From assembly GCA_028068195.1 (NCBI GenBank), contig JAPTTX010000090.1:59856-123855 (forward strand): a stretch of 64,000 bases of DNA, written 5' to 3'. The translations under genes and the position numbers were made by a program. Positions 43,907 through 52,390 of the stretch are shown here, piece by piece. The stretch comes from Gammaproteobacteria bacterium (lineage in GTDB: Bacteria; Pseudomonadota; Gammaproteobacteria; Acidiferrobacterales; UBA6901). The notes under the pieces were generated by a model. That model made no database searches, was not told the origin of the DNA, and worked only from the letters and a program-made list of their open reading frames with translations. Numbering within the stretch: the stretch's first letter is position 1; every line of letters begins with the position of its first letter.

Positions 43907-45094
43907 ATGGCTCTGACCACAGCTGCACTTCGCAACGCAAAGCCCGGCGAGAAACCCACCAAGCTCTTTGACGAACGCGGCCTGTTCCTGCTCATTACCC
44001 CGCCCGGGGGGAAGTGGTGGCGCTTCCGCTACAAGTTCAACGGCAAGGAAAAACTGTTGTCTCTCGGCACCTATCCGGACGTGAGCCTGAAAGTCGCGCG
44101 CGAACGGCGCGACGCGGCGCGCAAACTCGTGGCGGATGGCATCGATCCCAGCGCCACCCGCAAGGCGCAGAAGTCTGCGCGTGCCGACCGCGCAGCAAAC
44201 AGTTTCGAGGCAATTACGCGGGAGTGGTATGAAAAGCGCGCACCGACATGGGCGGCGAATCACGCCGACCGCATTATCCGCCGTTTCGAGCGCGACATAT
44301 TTCCGTGGATCGGCGGGCGACCCGTTGCCGAAATCGCCGCGCCGGATCTGCTGGCGGTGTTGCGCCGCATCGAGGAGCGCGGAGCGTTGGAGACTGCGCA
44401 TCGGGCGCTTGCCAACTGCAGGCAGGTCTTCTGCTACGCAGTCGCTACCGGCCGCGCCGAACGCGATCCTTCCGCCGCCCTGCGCGGCGCGCTGCCTCCT
44501 GTGAAGGGTAAGCACTTTGCCGCGACCACCGAGCCGAAACGGGTTGCTGAAATCCTGCGGATCATGGACGGCTACCAGGGCACGTTTACCGTGCACTGCG
44601 CCCTGCGCCTTGCCCCGCTCGTCTTTGTGCGCCCTGGTGAACTACGCAAGGCCGAATGGGCCGACATCGATCTGGACGCGCGAGAGTGGCGCTACACCGC
44701 GACCAAGACCAACACCCCGCACATTGTCCCTCTTTCCCGTCAAGCCGTGGAGATCCTGCGCGAACTGCAACCGCTCACCGGGCACGGGCGCTTTGTCTTT
44801 CCGAGTGCCCGCAGCGCAGCGCGCCCGATGAGCGATAACGCGATTCTCGCCGCCATGCGGCGCTTGGGGATCGGCAAAGAGGAGATGAGCGGTCACGGTT
44901 TCCGCGCCGTGGCGCGGACCATCCTCGATGAAGTCCTTGACGTGCGCCCCGACTACATTGAACACCAGCTCGCCCATACCGTGCGTGACCCGAACGGGCG
45001 CGCCTACAACCGTACAGCACACCTGCTCAAGCGGCACAAGATGATGCAGCAGTGGTCGGACTACCTCGACCAGATCAAGGCTGGCGCAGACTGA
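43907..45094 (+). CDS. int: tyrosine-type site-specific integrase (P4/CP4-57-like, DUF4102 N-terminal domain)
   Basis: 395 aa. The N-terminus LRNAKPGEKPTKLFDERGLFLLITPPGGKWWRFRYKFNGKEKLLSLGTYP fits this family. The catalytic-domain R...HGFR...H...Y pattern is present (HGFRAVARTIL, HQLAH, AYNRTAHL). Confidence 0.95.
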   Translation: MALTTAALRNAKPGEKPTKLFDERGLFLLITPPGGKWWRFRYKFNGKEKLLSLGTYPDVSLKVARERRDAARKLVADGIDPSATRKAQKSARADRAANSFEAITREWYEKRAPTWAANHADRIIRRFERDIFPWIGGRPVAEIAAPDLLAVLRRIEERGALETAHRALANCRQVFCYAVATGRAERDPSAALRGALPPVKGKHFAATTEPKRVAEILRIMDGYQGTFTVHCALRLAPLVFVRPGELRKAEWADIDLDAREWRYTATKTNTPHIVPLSRQAVEILRELQPLTGHGRFVFPSARSAARPMSDNAILAAMRRLGIGKEEMSGHGFRAVARTILDEVLDVRPDYIEHQLAHTVRDPNGRAYNRTAHLLKRHKMMQQWSDYLDQIKAGAD

Positions 45095-45262
45095 ACCCGA
45101 TCGACGCTCAAGCACTACACACGCGAGCGCCGCCGGGCCATCCATCGGGTGCAGGCTGCGCCGGCCAGGAGCGGTTTATTTCTCCACCGCCTTCCGTTCT
45201 CTCTCATCGAGCTTTTTGGCGATGCGCCGCCGCATCCGCATCTTGTGCTCCATTTTTTTCCA

Positions 45263-45298
45263 GCTGGTAGGGGATATCCGGCTGGTAGGGGATATCCG
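45263..45298. repeat. perfect 18-bp tandem duplication (GCTGGTAGGGGATATCCG x2)
   Basis: Read directly from the sequence, in a stretch with no convincing CDS. Confidence 0.9.
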
Positions 45299-45784
45299 GG
45301 CGGAGCTGTATCCCCGGGGTGTGAAGCCCGATCCTCGGACGACAGCCTGCTTCCGGCATTTGCGTGCTCGCCATCGGCTCGCGGCCGGCAAGAACCGACT
45401 GCAACGGACCAGAAGCCCTGCGTCGCCGTCGCGTATGCAGCACGACGCAGGTCGGCATGCCGCGCGATCGCGGACCCATCGTCTTCGGTCTCTTCGATCC
45501 ATCGTCATTGAACAATGTGTCCCGACGATAATGGCTCCACCGGCATGGTCGGGCCGTCATCACGCTCGAGATCGACGCCGGCGATGGGATCAAAGGCCTG
45601 CGTGTATGGCAGCGCGCGCCCTGTCCGGTGCTGCCGGCATCGCAGGGATCCGTCGCTCTCGTTCCTGACCGACCCTGCATTTCCACGTCCGGCGAGAGAC
45701 CGATGACCGGCAGGTTGCGTTGTTTTGAATGTGTTGAACAATGCATTCAGGCCATCGTGGCCGGTTACTCACAACGGAGGAATC

Positions 45785-46018
45785 ATGGAATCTCAAGAAC
45801 CGCAGAAGTCCTACCCGCATCCGGTCCGCTGGTACCGTGGCCTCGACGGCGGAAAAAAGTACCTGGTGAAGCTCGCCGCCGCCGGACTGACGCTCGGCTT
45901 GATCGGATGGCTCTACATTCCGAGGTCGGCGGTGTACTGGCACTACGGGGATCAGCTGCTGGGCGGCATCGTCGCGGGGCTCGCCCTTGCGATCCTGACC
46001 GACCGTCATCAGGACTGA
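45785..46018 (+). CDS. hypothetical small membrane protein (2 transmembrane segments)
   Basis: 77 aa (MESQEPQKSYPHPVRWY...). GGAGG lies 4 nt upstream of the ATG, and a hairpin terminator follows. No recognisable family. Confidence 0.5.
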   Translation: MESQEPQKSYPHPVRWYRGLDGGKKYLVKLAAAGLTLGLIGWLYIPRSAVYWHYGDQLLGGIVAGLALAILTDRHQD

Positions 46019-46075
46019 TCTCAGTCCGGGGGCGGATGGCGCTCTGCCTTCTGTCCGACATCCGAACGGGATGCC

Positions 46076-46100
46076 GGGCAGGATCTGCCCCCTATTTTTT
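46076..46100 (+). terminator. rho-independent terminator candidate
   Basis: GGGCAG-GAT-CTGCCC stem-loop followed by CCTATTTTTT. Confidence 0.45.
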
Positions 46101-46438
46101 GCGCCCCATCCGATCTTCGCGCGCCTCGCCAAGCCTTCGCGGACCCGGCGTCGCCGGCGGATGGGTCCGGAAACGGGCCGCCCGCACGCTTATCTCTCCA
46201 TATCGCCGCCTAAGGACACTGCGGCGGCGGGAGAGACGCGCGACCGGGTCATGCGCGGACCTGCACCCGAATGGGCGCGCGTCGCCGCTCGCCAGAATAG
46301 ATGTACGCAGAATTCTGATTGTCCTGGGAAAACGGAAACGGGATCGCGATGCCGGTCGCCGTTTGATCCACCGGTGGGTCCACATCCGATGAACGTCGGC
46401 ACATCGGGACAGGCGGGCATGATCCGCCCCTCCCGCGC

Positions 46439-46633
46439 TCACTTTGTTTTGAACGCCCCGGGGTGTTTCCGGTAGAGATAGCCGACGTACCCCAGGATTG
46501 CGACAGAAGACACGGCGGAGACGGCCCCGATGGCCCGATCCCCGCCGAAGGCGATCGCAATACCCATCGCGGCGAGGGTGCCCCAGCCTATGATGTGTGC
46601 GATTCGCACTTCAGTGTTCTTGGTCATGGTCAT
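46439..46633 (-). CDS. hypothetical small membrane protein (2 transmembrane segments)
   Basis: 64 aa (MTMTKNTEVRIAHIIGWGTLAAMGIAIAFGG...). GGAG lies 6 nt upstream of the ATG. Confidence 0.45.
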   Translation of the reverse strand: MTMTKNTEVRIAHIIGWGTLAAMGIAIAFGGDRAIGAVSAVSSVAILGYVGYLYRKHPGAFKTK

Positions 46634-46965
46634 GGTCTGTCTCCGTCGGTGCCGCGGAGCTCTCTTCGGGAGCGCCTATTACAGGATGTCGAGGTCATCG
46701 CCACGCCCGCCGAAATGAACAGGGCCGTGGTGACGCTCATGGATACCCCCCATCCTGTTTGGCTGTTCTCTACTTTAGCACTTTCCCCCTGAGCGTTCAC
46801 GGTGGAGGATTCCGGGCTGCGTCCATCATGTGCCCGGTCCATTCCTTCCAGACTGAAATTTGAAGACCGCAGACCTCACAATCCGTCGGGGTGCCGGGGG
46901 TACCGGGTTGCATATTTCCAGGTCCGGGTGAAAGTGGAACGGATCACCACAACTGGAGACGATGC

Positions 46966-47709
46966 ATGTCCGATACGACGAAATACCTGACGACTGAGGA
47001 ACGCCAACTCTATCGGTACTTAGTGGGGCGTCGAATATGGGAGCTGCTGGTGGGCTGGGGGCTCACGGTGCTGGCCATGGTGCCCGGACCCTGGCTCGGG
47101 ATCGGCGCGGCGGAAACCTATGGCGATGCCGGCATGACGGTCGCCTTTGCGGTGATTGGGATCATGCTGTGGGTTGGGATGACCTATATCCAGCGGGCGG
47201 AGAAGACCTACCGCCTCTACCGTACCATCACGGTGGCCGGCGAATCGCGGGAAGCGCATCGCCTGCTGGGGCAGGGACCGGGTCCTCGGCCGATGTCGAT
47301 CCCGAAGGAGGTCGGGCAGCGGATTAAGCAAAACTACCGGCGGGTCGGCCTCACCGTGGCGCTTGCGATCGCGGCGGTGGCGGGGGTCGCCCTCTGGATT
47401 GCGCGGGTGCAGCAGAACGATCACGACCGGGCCGTGGCCTGGGCCGTGGCCGAGGCCAAGGCGGTCTACTCGGCGGAGTTGCGCGATCACGCCGCCTGGG
47501 ACCGGGCGCATCCGAAGTGGGTGCGCGTGCCGCCCGATAGCCCGCGTGCGATCCGGTGGACCGGACCCAACGGCCGCCAGGCGTTTGCGCACACCGCCAT
47601 CTACAACCGCATCTCCAAATGGTGCGAGGCGCATTGGGACGACAATAACGCCCGGTTCAGCTACAAGTGCCAGGGCTACCTCTATGGCTGGCATGCGTAC
47701 CTCTACTGA
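46966..47709 (+). CDS. hypothetical membrane protein (3 predicted transmembrane segments plus a soluble C-terminal domain)
   Basis: 247 aa from the ATG at 46966, with GGAG 7 nt upstream. Composition is coding-like, and a strong terminator follows. No recognisable family. Confidence 0.6.
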   Translation: MSDTTKYLTTEERQLYRYLVGRRIWELLVGWGLTVLAMVPGPWLGIGAAETYGDAGMTVAFAVIGIMLWVGMTYIQRAEKTYRLYRTITVAGESREAHRLLGQGPGPRPMSIPKEVGQRIKQNYRRVGLTVALAIAAVAGVALWIARVQQNDHDRAVAWAVAEAKAVYSAELRDHAAWDRAHPKWVRVPPDSPRAIRWTGPNGRQAFAHTAIYNRISKWCEAHWDDNNARFSYKCQGYLYGWHAYLY

Positions 47710-47783
47710 GGCGCCTGCCGGAAAACCGCAGCGACGTTGTGCTGCCTTCCCGCGCCCATGTCCCGGCGCTTTATCGAATCCGG

Positions 47784-47812
47784 AAACCCGGCACGCGCGT
47801 GCCGGGTTTATC
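47784..47812 (+). terminator. rho-independent terminator (bidirectional-looking)
   Basis: AAACCCGGCAC-GCGC-GTGCCGGGTTT perfect stem followed by a T-rich run. Confidence 0.6.
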
Positions 47813-47892
47813 CGCGGGGGACGGATCATCCCCCACACGGGCCTTGGGCGCACGTATCCTCAACTGCAACTTATCAGCAAGGAGAATCCATT

Positions 47893-48129
47893 ATGCGCAT
47901 CCTGTTCGACACCCTGGCCTACTACGCTACCTTACGCAAATCCGGCGTGCCGGAAGACCAGGCGCACGCGCTGACGCGCGCCCTGGAGGCGGCACTCTCG
48001 CAGGGAGTCGCCCGGCGCGAGGACCTCGAGGCGCTTGCCTGCCGGATCGAGACGGCCTTCAGCGCGCTCGTGCGCGAGCTCGCCGCGGGCGCCGTCCCGG
48101 CCCTCCCCCGGATCGCCGCAGCACCCTGA
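47893..48129 (+). CDS. DUF1640-like small protein
   Basis: 78 aa. MRILFDTLAYYATLRKSGVPEDQAHALTRALE resembles the DUF1640 N-terminal pattern (assignment from memory). AAGGAG lies 8 nt upstream of the ATG. Confidence 0.5.
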   Translation: MRILFDTLAYYATLRKSGVPEDQAHALTRALEAALSQGVARREDLEALACRIETAFSALVRELAAGAVPALPRIAAAP

Positions 48130-48577
48130 GCGCGGGGGTCTCGCAGGGCTCCGCACCCAAGGAAAACTGGAGGGCGGACACCTGGGCATCGATCGTGATA
48201 TCTACCGGGGCGCCGGCGGACGGCGGACCGCAGCGCCGGTGTGCGGAAGCGTCCGTCAGGATCCAGCGCGGGCTGGTCGCTGCGGCAACGACTCATGGCT
48301 CGCAGGAGGGGTCAGTGACATCGGGGCGGCGCCGATCCGGCGGGGGATGGCGGTGGCGAAGGGCGTATACGGCGTGGCAGGCCGGGTGCGCGACGGGAAT
48401 GCGGAAGGGGCGACGGCTCCTGACCGTCACGGACGGCACGGCTTAGGCGGGGCGCGCCGCTTCAGATCGCAACGATCGTCACCGCGATGGGACGCCCGGG
48501 TGATGGAAAGCGCCACTACTGGCGCCACGACTAAAGGAACCCGACGGTCACAGGCCCAGGCGTGAGATCGATGAGAG

Positions 48578-48787
48578 TCAGGTCCGGGCGCCCCGGGACT
48601 TTCGCGATCGTGACGGGACTGTACCGCGATTGCGGGGCGTCCGGGTCGACACCTTGCGCGGGGATCTCGCTGCACGCGGCTTCGGATGCTTGCGGTGATT
48701 GCGGTCGTTGAGCCAAGCCAGGGCCAATGCGACCACCGTGAACAGGCTCATGGTGATGAGTCCCGGGACGACGGCGATGTGGTTCAT
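48578..48787 (-). CDS. possible small single-pass membrane protein
   Basis: MNHIAVVPGLITMSLFTVVALALAWL... with GGGAG 6 nt upstream. The tail is low-complexity and basic, and an alternative frame looks equally coding-like, so this call is weak. Confidence 0.25.
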   Translation of the reverse strand: MNHIAVVPGLITMSLFTVVALALAWLNDRNHRKHPKPRAARSPRKVSTRTPRNRGTVPSRSRKSRGART

Positions 48788-49352
48788 GGTGTTCTCCCAG
48801 CTTTCCGCGGCTCGGGGGGGAACCCGCCCCCTGGCCACACGATCTTGGATCAGCGGCACATCTGGCCGCTTCCTACTGATACAGGGACCGGAAGATGATC
48901 CTGTTGCACCCCATGACGGTCGGCAGGGTCATGGGCAAGGCTCCATCAGAGTGCCGAGCCAGTATACACGAGGATCGATTCCGGGTGTCCTGCTTCGCCC
49001 GGTTGGCCTAAAGGAATTCCGGCGGCCCGTTCCGGCATCCCCTTACGTGCGTCAGCCTCAAAGCGCTGTCGACTGAACCCCGTCAGCGTCGCCGGACTCA
49101 AGCCCGGTTCTGCCTAGGCGAATGGCGGCTTTGCGCAGCCGGAATCAGTGACCGGAATGGGCCGGAATGCGCACGAGGATACGCAGAGGGGAGTTGGGAT
49201 GTCTTGTTGCATACCCCGAAATATCACGACGCTATGGATTGAGATTATGACCAAGTACGCGCCCGGGTGCCCTTGTCGGTGCCGACATGGGCGTGCTCAC
49301 TGGATTTTTGTTCAGCCTGATAGCGTTATCGAACGCACTGACCGTTACCGTC

Positions 49353-49362
49353 TATCTAGAAA
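49353..49362. repeat. target-site duplication, left copy (TATCTAGAAA)
   Basis: An identical 10-mer flanks the other end of the IS (11 nt if the next C is counted). Confidence 0.8.
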
Positions 49363-50893
49363 CAATGGTACTGACTTAAGGAATCTGTTCTCCGGTCAGG
49401 AGGAAGAGGGCTGAACCCTCCTCGGTTATCATGACGGTGTCTGACGCCGTATCACGATAACCACAATGGAGGATCAGCCCGGATGCATCGTAACAAAAAG
49501 GAACACCTGTTGGCACAGATTCAGCGTTTCCGCAGACGGTTTGCCCAGTCGGCTGGGGGCACTTTGATCCGGGTGATCCCGAAAGACGCCGTCCTGCGCT
49601 GGATCCGTGAGGAAGTGGGCCCGTATCGGGAGCGTCTCTATGGTCCCTTTCGGACCCTGGGGCTTTTTATCGAGCAGGTGCTCTCGCCCGATCACAGCTG
49701 CCAGGATGCCGTGGCACGGGGCTTGAGCGCCCGGGTGGCCCTGGGGGAGCCTCCCGCGCGCCTCGATACCGGGGGGTACTGTCGGGCCCGCGCCCGACTG
49801 CCGCTCGCGTTGCCCGCGCGCGCCGCACGCGAGGTGGGCGCTTCCTTGAGCCGCACCGCGCCCCAGGCCTGGCGCTGGCGGGGCTCAGGAGGTGAAACTC
49901 ATCGACGGGACCATGGTGTCGATGCCGGATACGCGGCCCAACCAGCACCGATTTCCGCAACCGTGCTCTCAGGCCCCGGGGTGTGGATTCCCGCTTGCCC
50001 GGCTCGTCGCGATCGTCTCGCTCAACTCGGGGGCAGTCCTTCAGTGGGCGTCGGACCCGGGGCGGGCAAGGGCACGGGCGAGATGGCACTCCTCTGGCGC
50101 CTGAAGGCCACATTTCGCCCGGCCGATGTCGTCATCGCCGATCGCTACTACACGAGCTATTTCCTGATCTCCGCCCTCCTGGCGCTCGGGGTGGATGTCG
50201 TGTTTCGTCAGCATGGGGGCCGCTCCACGGACTTCCGCACCGGCACCCGCCTCGGTGCGCGCGATCACCTTGCGCGCTGGGAGCGCCCGGCTCGTCCGGC
50301 GTGGATGGACGAAGCCACCTACGCCGAAATGCCCGAGACCCTTTGCCTTCGCGAGGTGCGCATCGGGGGCTATACGCTGGTGAGCACCTTCACCTCGCCC
50401 CGGGAAGTACACAAGCAGGAGCTGCTCCGTCTCTACCGGAACCGCTGGCACCTGGAGCTTGACCTGCGCTCCATCAAGGCGGTGATGCAGATGGAGGTGC
50501 TGCGCTGCAAGACCCCGGAGATGGTGGAAAAAGAGATCGCCGTGCACTTCCTCGCCTACAACCTCGTGCGCACCGTCATGGCACGGGCTGCGGTGATGAG
50601 TGAGCAGTTGCCGCGACAGCTGAGCTTCAAGGGCACCTTGCAGCTGCTCAACACCTTCGAGACGAGTCTGCGGCACTGCCCGCGAGGAGCGCTTGAGGAG
50701 CGGACCGCGGCGTTGCTGCACGCAGTGGCCCAATGCCGGCTCGCCTACCGGCCCAACCGGGTGGAACCGCGCCTCGTCAAGCGACGACCGCACCGAACCC
50801 GGTGGCTGCAGGAGCCCCGACACGTCTGGCGTACCCGGCTGCGTCGAAAGCAGACGCAGCGGAGACGCCAATGCGCTTAAGTCAGCACCATTG
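49363..50893 (+). mobile_element. IS4-family insertion sequence (1531 bp)
   Basis: 18-bp terminal inverted repeats, CAATGGTACTGACTTAAG and CTTAAGTCAGCACCATTG, match at 17 of 18 positions. A direct target duplication flanks the element, and it encodes a single DDE transposase. Confidence 0.88.
49483..50880 (+). CDS. IS4-family DDE transposase (central segment apparently out of frame)
   Basis: The C-terminal YRNRWHLELDLRSIK...LRCKTPEMVEKEI..HFLAYNL and ADRYY motifs are IS4-like. The conserved VKLIDGTMVSMPDTRPNQHRFPQP block is encoded in the +1 frame (ORF 49892-50104). See findings. Confidence 0.85.
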   Translation: MHRNKKEHLLAQIQRFRRRFAQSAGGTLIRVIPKDAVLRWIREEVGPYRERLYGPFRTLGLFIEQVLSPDHSCQDAVARGLSARVALGEPPARLDTGGYCRARARLPLALPARAAREVGASLSRTAPQAWRWRGSGGETHRRDHGVDAGYAAQPAPISATVLSGPGVWIPACPARRDRLAQLGGSPSVGVGPGAGKGTGEMALLWRLKATFRPADVVIADRYYTSYFLISALLALGVDVVFRQHGGRSTDFRTGTRLGARDHLARWERPARPAWMDEATYAEMPETLCLREVRIGGYTLVSTFTSPREVHKQELLRLYRNRWHLELDLRSIKAVMQMEVLRCKTPEMVEKEIAVHFLAYNLVRTVMARAAVMSEQLPRQLSFKGTLQLLNTFETSLRHCPRGALEERTAALLHAVAQCRLAYRPNRVEPRLVKRRPHRTRWLQEPRHVWRTRLRRKQTQRRRQCA

Positions 50894-50903
50894 TATCTAG
50901 AAA
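50894..50903. repeat. target-site duplication, right copy (TATCTAGAAA)
   Basis: Identical to 49353-49362. Confidence 0.8.
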
Positions 50904-50918
50904 CGCTCAAGCACCATT

Positions 50919-51137
50919 TCACCTTATTATTCCTCCCCGAGCATCGTGAAGACCGGCAGTGGGCTCGAGGATCAGGCTGATGCGCAGCAGCAGCGTGCTC
51001 TTACCCGAGCCGCTCGGGCCGAGCAGGGCCATGAGCTCCCCGGCGTCCACTGAGAAGCTGATGTCCTGCAGGGCGGTTACCGCGAGCGTGCCGCTGCCGT
51101 AGATCTTGCTCAACCCCCGTACGGTGAGCACTGCCAC
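50919..51137 (-). pseudogene. N-terminal fragment of an ABC transporter ATP-binding protein
   Basis: MAVLTVRGLSKIYGSGTLAVTALQDISFSVDAGELMALLGPSGSGKSTLL contains the Walker A motif. The ORF stops about 20 aa later. Q-loop, signature and Walker B motifs are absent. Confidence 0.65.
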
Positions 51138-51248
51138 TTCAGCCCCCGAGCGCGAGCGAGGGTGGCGTGCGGAACTGAACTACACGATCGCACCGCGGCG
51201 CAGGACCCGCAGGCGAACCAAAATAGGATAGGTTATTTTTTACGCGCC

Positions 51249-52271
51249 CTAACCGCCGGTAGCAGACATGAAGCGCACAATCTTCTGTGGCATCTCGCGG
51301 AACTCATGCCGCTCCGGTTTGAGATCAATTGCGGCCCGGATCGCCGCTACCAGCTCGGTATCGCAGGCACCCGCGCGCAGTAACGGCCGAAACTCGTACT
51401 TCTCGTTCTGTCCCAGACACATGTATAGTGTCCCGTCCACCGTCAAACGCACGCGATTGCAAGTAGCGCAAAAATGTTGCGAGATCGGCGTGATGAATCC
51501 GACGGAAAAATTTCCGTCCGGCGTTTGCAAATAGCGGGCGGGTCCACCGCCCGGCACAATGCCATCAACCAGATTAAAGCGCTGCTGCAATTGGTGCTTC
51601 CTCGGCTGTAGATCCAAGTATTGAGCGTTGCGGCCAGACTCGCCCACGGGCATCGTTTCAATCAGGCGCAATACAAAGCCATGGCCCATGCAAAACTCAA
51701 CCATGCCGTCGATCTCGTCATCATTCACACCGGAAAGCGCCACCATATTGATCTTGATCGGCGCGAATCCGGCCTCTTTCGCCGCCATCAATCCAATGAT
51801 GACACGGTCGAGACAATCACGCCCGGTAATGCGGGCAAAACGCTCGTGCTTAAGTGAATCAAGACTCACATTGATGCGGGTGATGCCTGCCTCCCTGAGC
51901 GCCTCGGCATGCTTGCCGAGCTGCGTCGCATTAGTGGAAAGCGAAATATCCCGGATTCCGGGCAGGCGGTGCAGCCGCGTCGCCAGCTTCGCTAGGTTAT
52001 GCCGTAGCAGCGGTTCGCCACCGGTAAGACGAATGCGGTTTATTCCCAGTCGCGCAAACACGAGAAGCAGGCGCTCAATCTCATCGAAGGTAAGCCAGTT
52101 TTCCCGTTCTTCGAAGTCATTAGATTTCTTCGGCAAACAATACATGCAGCGCAGGTCGCAACGGTCGGTAACCGAAAGACGCAGATATTCGATCCGTCGC
52201 CCAAAACGGTCGACAAGGTTGGATTCAGGATTATTCATGCCGGCAGGCCTTTCAGACACGGGCTGCGGCAT
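51249..52271 (-). CDS. moaA: GTP 3',8-cyclase MoaA (radical SAM)
   Basis: CDLRCMYC radical-SAM cluster motif, a C-terminal CATCNRVRLT cluster motif, and a terminal GG. ATG at 52238 (MNNPES...) is an alternative start. Confidence 0.93.
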   Translation of the reverse strand: MPQPVSERPAGMNNPESNLVDRFGRRIEYLRLSVTDRCDLRCMYCLPKKSNDFEERENWLTFDEIERLLLVFARLGINRIRLTGGEPLLRHNLAKLATRLHRLPGIRDISLSTNATQLGKHAEALREAGITRINVSLDSLKHERFARITGRDCLDRVIIGLMAAKEAGFAPIKINMVALSGVNDDEIDGMVEFCMGHGFVLRLIETMPVGESGRNAQYLDLQPRKHQLQQRFNLVDGIVPGGGPARYLQTPDGNFSVGFITPISQHFCATCNRVRLTVDGTLYMCLGQNEKYEFRPLLRAGACDTELVAAIRAAIDLKPERHEFREMPQKIVRFMSATGG

Positions 52272-52390
52272 CTTCCCATCCCTGCATCTGCACCTAGCTT
52301 ACCCAGTTCCATATTTTTCGGAAATACCCAACGTTGCTTGTCCAGGAATCGTCTTAACACGTTGTTGACTGCGCCTGTTGTCGCCGTAAG

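Larger units (their letters stand above)
43742..51137. mobile_element. ssrA-linked genomic island (left end defined, right end not found)
   Basis: A P4-type integrase lies directly downstream of tmRNA. The cargo is coding-sparse and includes an IS element and gene fragments. No second copy of the ssrA 3' end was seen by eye, so the extent is uncertain and may continue past 51.2 kb. Confidence 0.45.

Noticed and set aside
45095-45784. Overlapping ORFs of 110-180 aa in several frames on both strands (for example 45149-45511, 45216-45668, 45204-45746).
   Set aside because: All are Arg/Cys/Pro-rich and mutually overlapping, without ribosome-binding sites or recognisable domains. I could not support any as a CDS. 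The region is kept as unexplained non-coding DNA in the findings.
47020-47853. 277-aa ORF on the minus strand inside the island.
   Set aside because: It is antisense to the better-supported 46966-47709 gene, which has a ribosome-binding site, transmembrane segments and a terminator. The antisense ORF is Arg/Pro/Gly-rich and has no start context.
49148-49414. 88-aa ORF running into the left end of the IS.
   Set aside because: It crosses the IS inverted repeat, so it cannot be an ancestral gene. It is Cys/Arg-rich with no homology that I recognise.
45095-51248. Searched for attR, a direct repeat of the ssrA 3' end (...GGTTCGATTCCCGCCGCCTCCACCA).
   Set aside because: Only 7-8 nt chance matches were seen (for example TCGATTCC at about 48976 and CTCCACC at 45182 and 45535). 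None extends further, so no attR is called.
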